42,183 bases of DNA from an uncultured Gammaproteobacteria bacterium (GTDB lineage: Bacteria > Patescibacteriota > Patescibacteriia > Patescibacteriales > UBA12465): positions 1-42,183 of the forward strand of contig CAYSJT010000001.1 of the NCBI GenBank assembly GCA_964431625.1. The letters are read 5' to 3'. Positions 26,009 to 32,571 of the stretch are shown piece by piece; position 1 is the first letter of the stretch, and each line of letters opens with the position of its first letter. The notes beneath the pieces were generated by a model that ran no database searches, had not been told where the DNA came from, and saw nothing but the letters and a program-made list of their open reading frames with translations. Both the position numbers and the translations under genes were made by a program.

Positions 26009-28867
26009 TTAGTTAACAAGCAGGGTGATTTCATTACTTTTTATAACCCCTCCCATCCAATCTCTTAATTCTCCATAAAGAGCGTAATTTCCAGGATCAG
26101 CCTCCTCCCAAGAAACAGAAGTTGTTTGATTATTCAATTTAGCGCCCGTCCCTATTAATTCTAACGCGCCGGTTTCTAGGTTTTTACTCCAAACCAGCAA
26201 CTTGGCGGATCGGATAGGAAAGCTGATTTGAAAAGTGATATTTAGGGGAAAATCTATGTTATTTAATGATGTGCCGCTGCTTGGAGAATTAAGGCTTAGA
26301 CTGTTTTTTTCTAAGCCAACTGGGTTATTATTTATTTTCAAGTTAAAACTTAAGCTCTTTTCCCGGCAATTATTTAAATCATCACAAACTTTTACCGAAA
26401 GGGTGTGGTAGCCGTTATTTAAGAAATTTATTTTTTCTTTAACCCACCTCGATTCGCCGCCTTGTAAGAGCCAGAGATTTCCATTTAAATAATATTCGGT
26501 TTTAACTAGGCCTCGCGGGCCGCCAGCATCTAAGACAACCTCCAATTCATCCACGCTTATTGTCTCACCTTCTTCGGGGCTTAATATTTCTAAAAATGGC
26601 AAATCTTTTTCATCGCCTGATTGGCCATAGCCGTCCGGCAATTCTAAAGTGGAGCTGGCATTTTTTTCCGCCCAACGTTTAACCGCCCCTTCCCAAAGTT
26701 GGAATTGAGGGTCTTTTTCTGGGTTTTTAGGCTGCGGCCCCAAGGGGTCATCCTTATCTACATAGAAAAGAATGGAGTGGTGTACAGTTACAGATTTTTC
26801 GCCGATAAGCTCAGGGGGTGTATTGTTGTCAGCCAGCTGGCCAGTGCTTTGATCAACCAAAACAGTTTGGCTTGGTATTTCTCCGCCAAGCAGGGGTTTG
26901 TTAAACACCTTTTTTTCTGGAGCTGTAAAATTTTCTTTCGGCGTATCTCCTAGAACCCGGGACATAAAATCATGCCAAATCGGAGCGGCCAAGACGCTGC
27001 CGTCCGAGCCGGCGGCCATCGCGTCGTTATTGCTATTTCCCACCCAAACCCCAGCCACCAAAGACGGGGTGTAGCCAATGGTCCAGGCGTCATGGTAATC
27101 ATTGGTCGTGCCTGTTTTTGCCGCCACCGGCCTTTCGCCGAGATTTAGGTAATTGCCGGCTCCAAATATGAAGGCGCGGGCGCCGTTATCGCTTAAGACG
27201 CTGTTAATTTCCCTGGCCGTCTGCGAGCTGATTACCCGTTTTGGTTCGGCTTTATATTCCTCCAAGATTTTTCCTTCCTTGTCTTCTACCTTCAGAATTC
27301 CGACCGCTGGATTTGTTTCTCCGTCCCGGGCGAAGGCGCTGTAGGCGTTGGTATGCTCCAGAAGCTTTACCTCAGCTCCGCCCAAAACCAGGGCCAGACC
27401 GAAGCGGTCTCGAGGATAGAGGGTGCTGTAGCCAAGCTTTTCTGCCAGGTCAATAACATTATTAATGCCGGCGAGATAGATAGCCTTTACTGCAGGAATG
27501 TTTAATGAACCAGCTAGGGCCTGGCGAATACTGACCGGGCCGTATTCTTTTCCGTTATAGTTTCTTGGCTCATACGGTTGGCCGCTGTCGGTAGAGAAGT
27601 TGGTCAACGTGTCATAAAGTATGGTTTCAGGCGAATAACCTTTTTCAAATAGGGCGGCATAGACGATCGGCTTCATTGATGAGCCTGGTTGGCGCGGACG
27701 GGTGGCCACATTAACCTGGCCGTCAATTTCATCATTAAAATAATCGCGTGAGCCAACCATGGCCAAGATCTGTCCGGTCTTCGGGTCTATCGCCACTAGG
27801 GCGGCATTATTCGCTTTATATTTTTCTTGGTATTTTTCGGTTTTTTCTTTAATTACCTCTTCGGCGATTTTTTGTTTATAAAGATCAAGCGTGGTGTATA
27901 TTTTTAAGCCCTCTTGCTCAATCATTTTTTCTCCGTATTTTTCCGCCAGGATACCCTTGATGTACATGACAAAATGCGGGGCGGTGATATTGGTTTCCGG
28001 GCCCTTGAATTCTATTTCTTCAGCCTGCGCCTGATCTCGTTCTTCTGTAGAGATATAACCCTGTTCGACCATCAAAGAAAGCACATAATCCTTTCTGCCT
28101 AAGAGCAGGTCTTTATTGGGCCCGTATGGAGAATACCGGCTAGGCGCCTGGGTCATTGCTGCCAGTACGGCCGCTTCCGCCAGGCTAATGTTTTTAACGC
28201 TCTGGCCGAAGTATTTCTGGCTGGCAGCCTCTACGCCGTAAGCGTTTGAGCCATAGGGAATTTCATTTAAATACATCTGCAGGATTTCGTCTTTGCTGAA
28301 CCTTTTTTCCAGGCGATAGGCTAGCACCAGCTCTTTTATTTTCCTGGTAATCTTTTTTTCCGGAGTCAAGACCGCATTTTTAATGAATTGTTGGGTCAGG
28401 GTTGAACCGCCGGCCCTTCGGTTGTAGAGGACATTGGTAATGGCCGTCCTAAACATCGCCCACAGACTAAAGCCCCCGTGCTTATAGAAGTTCTTATCTT
28501 CTATTGAAATAGTCGCCTCTTTGACATAACTAGGCATCTCATTTAAAGGGATAAGGGTGCGGCGCTGTTCCCCGTGTATCTCGTAGAGGATGTTTTCTCC
28601 GGTTCGATCGTATATCTTAGTGCTCTGGGCCACCGCTCTTTCTATTAGCTGGTTAGGATTGGGGAGGTTGCGGGTGATAGCCATGGCGTAGATGACAAAT
28701 ACAGCGAGCAGGATTAAGCCGGCAACAAAAAGCCTGGACACTAATTTTCGCCAATTGATTTTTTGGTTTTCCCGCCAAGACTTTTTCTTCTTTATCCCAG
28801 GATTACTGGGGTTCTGGTAATTTCTCCAGGATTCAGACTGTCTTTGCTTGAGTTGCTTGATTGGCAT
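26009..28867 (-). CDS. Class A penicillin-binding protein (PBP1A-type glycosyltransferase/transpeptidase) with a ~250-aa C-terminal beta-rich extension
   Basis: 952 aa. N-terminal TM helix, GT51 motifs (EDKNFYKHGG, GGSTLTQQ, RKIKE), transpeptidase SxxK (GSSMKP), SxN and KTGT (AKTGTT). Confidence 0.93.
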   Translation of the reverse strand: MPIKQLKQRQSESWRNYQNPSNPGIKKKKSWRENQKINWRKLVSRLFVAGLILLAVFVIYAMAITRNLPNPNQLIERAVAQSTKIYDRTGENILYEIHGEQRRTLIPLNEMPSYVKEATISIEDKNFYKHGGFSLWAMFRTAITNVLYNRRAGGSTLTQQFIKNAVLTPEKKITRKIKELVLAYRLEKRFSKDEILQMYLNEIPYGSNAYGVEAASQKYFGQSVKNISLAEAAVLAAMTQAPSRYSPYGPNKDLLLGRKDYVLSLMVEQGYISTEERDQAQAEEIEFKGPETNITAPHFVMYIKGILAEKYGEKMIEQEGLKIYTTLDLYKQKIAEEVIKEKTEKYQEKYKANNAALVAIDPKTGQILAMVGSRDYFNDEIDGQVNVATRPRQPGSSMKPIVYAALFEKGYSPETILYDTLTNFSTDSGQPYEPRNYNGKEYGPVSIRQALAGSLNIPAVKAIYLAGINNVIDLAEKLGYSTLYPRDRFGLALVLGGAEVKLLEHTNAYSAFARDGETNPAVGILKVEDKEGKILEEYKAEPKRVISSQTAREINSVLSDNGARAFIFGAGNYLNLGERPVAAKTGTTNDYHDAWTIGYTPSLVAGVWVGNSNNDAMAAGSDGSVLAAPIWHDFMSRVLGDTPKENFTAPEKKVFNKPLLGGEIPSQTVLVDQSTGQLADNNTPPELIGEKSVTVHHSILFYVDKDDPLGPQPKNPEKDPQFQLWEGAVKRWAEKNASSTLELPDGYGQSGDEKDLPFLEILSPEEGETISVDELEVVLDAGGPRGLVKTEYYLNGNLWLLQGGESRWVKEKINFLNNGYHTLSVKVCDDLNNCREKSLSFNLKINNNPVGLEKNSLSLNSPSSGTSLNNIDFPLNITFQISFPIRSAKLLVWSKNLETGALELIGTGAKLNNQTTSVSWEEADPGNYALYGELRDWMGGVIKSNEITLLVN

Positions 28868-28935
28868 AGTTTTACCTTTTAGTCTAATAGTCTAATTATA
28901 TCAGATATAAGAGGGTTTTAGAATTTGCCCTTAAA

Positions 28936-28965
28936 TTGCACCTTTCTTTTGTTTTAGTCTATAAT
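28936..28965 (+). promoter_or_regulatory. Promoter of the TrmH-family gene; its position implies a (near-)leaderless transcript
   Basis: TTGCAC (28936-28941), 18-nt spacer, TATAAT (28960-28965). The ATG is at 28974, only 8 nt after the -10 element. Confidence 0.45.
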
Positions 28966-28973
28966 AACTATAT

Positions 28974-29768
28974 ATGCATCAGATTATAAGCCCGGACAAC
29001 AATCAAATTAAGGAATTAGCTAAGTTGCGTCGGAGCGGCCGCCGTTATGATAATAGCCGCTTCCTGATTGACGGCCTAAGGGAGGTTAAGGAAGCAGCCA
29101 TAGCTCATTGGAAACTAGAAACAATCTACTTTTGTCCCGAGATAAGCCAAGAGATGGCAGATAGCCTTTCTAAAATGGGGGCAGAGAAGCTTGTTTCTCT
29201 CAGCCCCCAAGCCTTCTACAGAGTTTGCTACAAGGAGAATCCCGACGGCGTTTTAGCTGTAGCTTATCGGCAAGCTAAGACCATAAAAGACATCAAACTA
29301 CCAAAGACCCCGCCGCTTATCGTGATTTTAGAGGCTATTGAAAAGCCAGGGAATCTTGGAGCAATAATCAGGACAGCTAAAGCGGCTGGGGTTGATGCTA
29401 TTATCGTTAACGACACCAAGGTTGACCTATATAATCCCAATGTCATTCGTTCCAGTCAGGGCCTAATTTTTAGCAGTCAGATAATCCAGGTTGGCAGGGA
29501 AGAGACAATAGATTGGCTCAAAGAGTATAAGATAAGGAGCCTAGCCGCCGCGACTAGCGCCACCAAGGAGTATTGGCGGGGCGACTTGGCTTCTCCTATC
29601 GCCCTGGTCTTTGGATCCGAGGCTGAGGGCTTGAGCCAGGAGTGGCTCAAAGCCGCAGACGAAAAGCTGCTTATCCCCATGGCCAAAGGAGTGGACTCAT
29701 TAAATGTCTCAGTTTCGGCCGGCCTTTTAATCTATGAAGTTAGGCGTCAAAGGGCTAAGATTAGGTAA
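28974..29768 (+). CDS. TrmH/SpoU-family RNA 2'-O-methyltransferase (RlmB-like)
   Basis: 264 aa. SPOUT motifs LEAIEKPGNLGAIIRTAKAAGVD, LVFGSEAEGLS, IPMAKGVDSLNVSVSAGLLIYE. Confidence 0.9.
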   Translation: MHQIISPDNNQIKELAKLRRSGRRYDNSRFLIDGLREVKEAAIAHWKLETIYFCPEISQEMADSLSKMGAEKLVSLSPQAFYRVCYKENPDGVLAVAYRQAKTIKDIKLPKTPPLIVILEAIEKPGNLGAIIRTAKAAGVDAIIVNDTKVDLYNPNVIRSSQGLIFSSQIIQVGREETIDWLKEYKIRSLAAATSATKEYWRGDLASPIALVFGSEAEGLSQEWLKAADEKLLIPMAKGVDSLNVSVSAGLLIYEVRRQRAKIR

Positions 29769-29826
29769 ATTGATGGATTGACAGATATTAATTAATCTAT
29801 TAACATAAGGGGGACGCCCTTATTTC

Positions 29827-29901
29827 GCGCCCATAGTTCAATGGATAGAACGGGAGCCTTCTAAGCTCTTAATGGGGGTTCGATTCCCTCTGGGCGTACC
29901 A
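29827..29901 (+). tRNA. tRNA-Arg (anticodon UCU)
   Basis: Acceptor GCGCCCA/TGGGCGT, D-arm TAGTTCAATGGATAGAAC, anticodon stem GGAGC/GCTCT, loop CTTCTAA, T-loop TTCGATT. CCA is encoded. Confidence 0.85.
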
Positions 29902-29912
29902 GCCGCCTTAAT

Positions 29913-29984
29913 GGTGCCTATGGTGTAGCGGTAACACGCAAGATTGTGGCTCTTGAATTCTGGGTTCAACTCCCAGTAGGCACC
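29913..29984 (+). tRNA. tRNA-His (anticodon GUG) with a genome-encoded G-1
   Basis: G-1 (29913) can pair with C73 (29984). Acceptor GTGCCTA/TAGGCAC, anticodon stem CAAGA/TCTTG, loop TTGTGGC, T-loop TTCAACT. Confidence 0.85.
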
Positions 29985-29991
29985 CAAACAT

Positions 29992-30816
29992 ATGATCGAA
30001 GAAGAGAAAAACGAGTTAGGCCAACCAGAACAGCTAATTCCCCTCAACCCAGAAGACCAGCCGTTATCTCCGGAGCAGCTTGAGGACATTGAAGGGCCGA
30101 TGGATGAAAAGGATCCTTTTGAAGCGCCAGACTTTTCTATTATCAAAGAAAGATTGGCCGAGAGCGGCCTGGAAGCGATAGGGGAAAGGGAAATTTGGAG
30201 CGGCGGCTCTTTTGGCCCGCTGTTTCGCATTAAGGTAAAAGATAATCAAGGCTGGGAGGGTTATGTGATTGAGCGGGCTTTTACAGAATTCAAGGATATA
30301 GAGCGGCGCTTCTCTGTGATTGATAAAAAAGAAGAAGACGAGGCTGATTCTGAGCCAAGATATGAAGTGAAAGGCGGGAAGGAAGACAAATTGGTTATAG
30401 ACTATTTGTATAACGAAGAAAAAGCCCTCAAGGCTTTGCAACACATCAAAGGCATCCCCAAGTTCTATGGTGCTGCCTATGACGACCTTCTTGGTTCCAC
30501 TTTGGAAGAATTCATCAACGGATATGATCTGAGCTTGGCTTTGGCCGAAGAGAATCCCAAGGACAAGGAACAGCTCATTGCCGCCTTGGATAAGGTGAAA
30601 GAAATATACAAAGAAGCGGCTGAAGCTGGATATATCCACACCGATCCACTTGGTTCAACTATTATGGTTGATGAACAGAAACAGCCTTATTTAGTCGATT
30701 GGTATCTATATGAGAGAGGATCGATAGACAAGGATGAGGATATAAAAGAAAAGTATCTGGAGGGCCTGGCTAAGATTGAGGAGGCCCAGCGCCGCTTGTC
30801 CCAAAAGGCCGCTTAA
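29992..30816 (+). CDS. Hypothetical acidic protein with a possible divergent protein-kinase-like fold
   Basis: 274 aa. Gly-rich loop-like WSGGSFGPLF followed by RIKVK, hinge-like LEEFINGYDL, catalytic-loop-like YIHTDPLGSTIMV (HxD is present, the usual Asn is Thr), and LVDW at the DFG position. This is weak, motif-level evidence only. Confidence 0.45.
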   Translation: MIEEEKNELGQPEQLIPLNPEDQPLSPEQLEDIEGPMDEKDPFEAPDFSIIKERLAESGLEAIGEREIWSGGSFGPLFRIKVKDNQGWEGYVIERAFTEFKDIERRFSVIDKKEEDEADSEPRYEVKGGKEDKLVIDYLYNEEKALKALQHIKGIPKFYGAAYDDLLGSTLEEFINGYDLSLALAEENPKDKEQLIAALDKVKEIYKEAAEAGYIHTDPLGSTIMVDEQKQPYLVDWYLYERGSIDKDEDIKEKYLEGLAKIEEAQRRLSQKAA

Positions 30817-30825
30817 ATAATTATC

Positions 30826-31467
30826 ATGTCCGTCGATTATCAAATATACGACCGCCGTTTTTTCCGCAATACCATAGAATTCGAGGCCGGCTCGGCGCAA
30901 GCCGCGGCCGGTATTTTATATCGCCATTTCCAACCTAAATCGGTTATAGACATTGGCTGCGGCTGCGGCATTTATCTCCGCCAGCTCCAGGCTCTGGGGG
31001 TAGAGATAGCCGGCTATGACGGGTCGCCAGCGGCCCTAGAAGAATCATTAGTTGGAGACAAAATAAAAATAGCCGACTTAAGCCAGCCTTTTTTCCCAGA
31101 CAAAAAATACGATCTTTGTCTCTGCTTTGAGGTGGCCGAACATCTTCCGGCAGAGAGCGCCGATGTCCTAGTCGATTCACTGGTCCGCTGTTCCGACATC
31201 ATCGCCTTTACAGCCGCCATACCCGGCCAAGGACCAAAGAGCATCGGGCACATCAATGAACAGCCCCATGAGTATTGGATAAAAAAGTTTCAAGCCAGAG
31301 GTTTCACTTGGCAAACCGCTCTGTCTGAAGAATTGAAGGAAGAGCTCGAGTCAGCCGGCGTGGTCTGGTGGATAGTCCAGAATTTGATGATATTTAAGAG
31401 AAAAAGGCCATATATTTACAGATTCTGCCTGAAGATATATAATATAATTAAGAACTTTTTAAATTAA
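30826..31467 (+). CDS. Class I SAM-dependent methyltransferase
   Basis: 213 aa. Motif I VIDIGCGCGIYL, post-I acidic residue (GYDGS), motif YDLCLCFEVAEHL. Confidence 0.8.
   Translation: MSVDYQIYDRRFFRNTIEFEAGSAQAAAGILYRHFQPKSVIDIGCGCGIYLRQLQALGVEIAGYDGSPAALEESLVGDKIKIADLSQPFFPDKKYDLCLCFEVAEHLPAESADVLVDSLVRCSDIIAFTAAIPGQGPKSIGHINEQPHEYWIKKFQARGFTWQTALSEELKEELESAGVVWWIVQNLMIFKRKRPYIYRFCLKIYNIIKNFLN
31415..31443 (+). promoter_or_regulatory. Sigma70-type promoter embedded in the 3' end of the methyltransferase gene
   Basis: TTTACA (31415-31420), 17-nt spacer, TATAAT (31438-31443). Confidence 0.4.
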
Positions 31468-31813
31468 TGTTAGGTGGAGGCAGCTCATTTCTGAAGAGTG
31501 CTGTTGGGCATTAGAGGGATTGATTCTAGCTCTATTGGGCAATTAGGTAGGGCTCATTAGAAAAAGGGCGTGAGGAGCGCAAAAAACCAGCGAAGCTGGG
31601 CGTATCCAGACCATCAGCTAAGGCCTCTAAGCCATACTACAGCCTGCAAGCAGAATTGCGGGGTCCCCTCAATTGGCAGGGGTTAGCTGTTTTAGGAGAG
31701 ACAAGTCCGCTTGTTATCTAGTATGCGCCGAAGCTGTGGGGGTTCTTCCTATCGGAAAATCCGCCAAGAGTCTAACACAAGTTTTGAGGGGGATTTCCGT
31801 TACCCCTCTTTTT
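31450..31813 (+). ncRNA. Candidate ~360-nt structured non-coding RNA of unknown class
   Basis: No ORF longer than 40 codons. A promoter lies at 31415-31443 and an intrinsic terminator at 31786-31808 (GAGGGG/CCCCTC) plus a T-run. Several hand-found helices are listed under findings. Confidence 0.3.
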
Positions 31814-31815
31814 AT

Positions 31816-31845
31816 TTGACAAAAACGAGCAGAGCTATATAATAA
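31816..31845 (+). promoter_or_regulatory. Near-consensus sigma70 promoter
   Basis: TTGACA (31816-31821), 16-nt spacer, TATAAT (31838-31843). Confidence 0.55.
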
Positions 31846-31850
31846 CTATA

Positions 31851-31953
31851 CATTTCTTTCCTAAGGCGGCCACAAATTTCCGTAGTGCTTGGCAGCAAAA
31901 ATTCGCTTCACATTTCCGCGCCGCCTAGAGCCCTTTTCCAGGGCTCTTTTTTG
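31851..31953 (+). ncRNA. Candidate ~100-nt sRNA or cis-regulatory leader ending in an intrinsic terminator, upstream of the MBL/glgP/NOX-like cluster
   Basis: A long-range helix joins CTAAGGCGGC (31861-70) to GCCGCCTAG (31920-28). The terminator is AGAGCCC-TTTTCCA-GGGCTCT (31927-47) followed by TTTTT. Confidence 0.35.
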
Positions 31954-32005
31954 TCTTTTAGGGGCCTTCTTGCTATGATTGAGGGGCGATATAAACTATA
32001 AATAT

Positions 32006-32569
32006 ATGGTTAAAGTAAAAGTATTGATCATCGGTTATACTTCAGCCGATAATCCCGAATCCGAATCGGAAAGAACCTGTTCAACCGTCACCCTTGTCCA
32101 AGATAAAGGTTTCAACATGGTAATCGACCCGGGAGTTATGGGAGATGTGAACCAATTGATTTCTGCTTTGGCAGAAAATGGTTTAAAGCCGGCAGACATA
32201 AACATGGTAGGCCTCACCCATTCGCACATTGATCATTATCGCAATCTCGGCCTTTTTCCGCAGGCTAAAGTTTTAGAATATTACGGAATTTGGGATAATG
32301 ATACGGTTGAAGACCGACCGGAAAGTTTGAGCCCCAGCTTAAAGATAATCGAGACCCCTGGGCATAGTCGGGAGGGAATAACCTTTTTAGCAGAAACCGA
32401 ATTAGGCATAGTTGCTGTCTGTGGCGATGTCTTTTGGAAAGAGAATCTGCCCGAGAAAGATCCGTATGCCGATGACCCAACTGCCTTAGCGCATAGCCGC
32501 CAGAAAGTTATGGACGCGGCCGATTGGATAGTCCCTGGTCACGGAGATATTTATAAGATAAAGAAATAA
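32006..32569 (+). CDS. MBL-fold metallo-hydrolase
   Basis: 187 aa from the ATG at 32006; the ORF track starts at a TTG at 31979. Zinc-binding motif LTHSHIDHY, plus later TPGHS and GDVF. Confidence 0.85.
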   Translation: MVKVKVLIIGYTSADNPESESERTCSTVTLVQDKGFNMVIDPGVMGDVNQLISALAENGLKPADINMVGLTHSHIDHYRNLGLFPQAKVLEYYGIWDNDTVEDRPESLSPSLKIIETPGHSREGITFLAETELGIVAVCGDVFWKENLPEKDPYADDPTALAHSRQKVMDAADWIVPGHGDIYKIKK

Positions 32570-32571
32570 AC

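Noticed and set aside
22200-28900. An apparently lower GC content around the origin genes (dnaN, the C-terminal part of PBP1A, yidD/rnpA) suggested a chimeric contig or an island
   Set aside because: Spot counts of 60-nt lines ranged from 30 to 47% here against 42-53% elsewhere. That is too noisy and gradual to call without a proper sliding-window calculation. The gene order is the canonical origin arrangement and no mobility genes are present.
29838-30230. 130-aa minus-strand ORF
   Set aside because: It overlaps tRNA-Arg, tRNA-His and the 5' end of the plus-strand 274-aa gene, and it shows no family features.
30064-30639. 191-aa minus-strand ORF opposite the kinase-like gene
   Set aside because: The plus-strand ORF is longer, starts right after the tRNA, is followed closely by the methyltransferase gene, and carries ordered kinase-like motifs. 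The minus-strand product is low-complexity. This is less certain than the other rejections.
31471-31500. The reverse complement, GCTGCCTCCACC, looks like a tRNA/tmRNA acceptor 3' end with U70
   Set aside because: There is no adjacent T-arm (GGTTCGAnTCC-type), no matching GGGGGCA 5' strand, and no plausible tag-peptide reading frame on the minus strand. The terminator and promoter geometry supports plus-strand transcription.
31615-31689. 75-nt element with a 7-bp closing helix and three hairpins (tRNA-like outline)
   Set aside because: Arm lengths (3-bp, 7-bp/6-nt loop, 5-bp/8-nt loop) and loop sequences do not fit a tRNA, and there is no T-loop or D-loop signature. I kept it only as a structural module of the candidate ncRNA.
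31694-31716. AGGAGAGACAAGTCCGC resembles the RNase P RNA P4/CR-I core (GAGGAAAGUCCGGGC)
   Set aside because: The AAGTCCG is simply the 5' arm and UNCG-type loop of a local hairpin (ACAAG-TCCG-CTTGT). I could not place a matching CR-V strand (ACAGAA..GGCUUA) at an appropriate distance, nor the other conserved regions. A cmscan run is still worthwhile.
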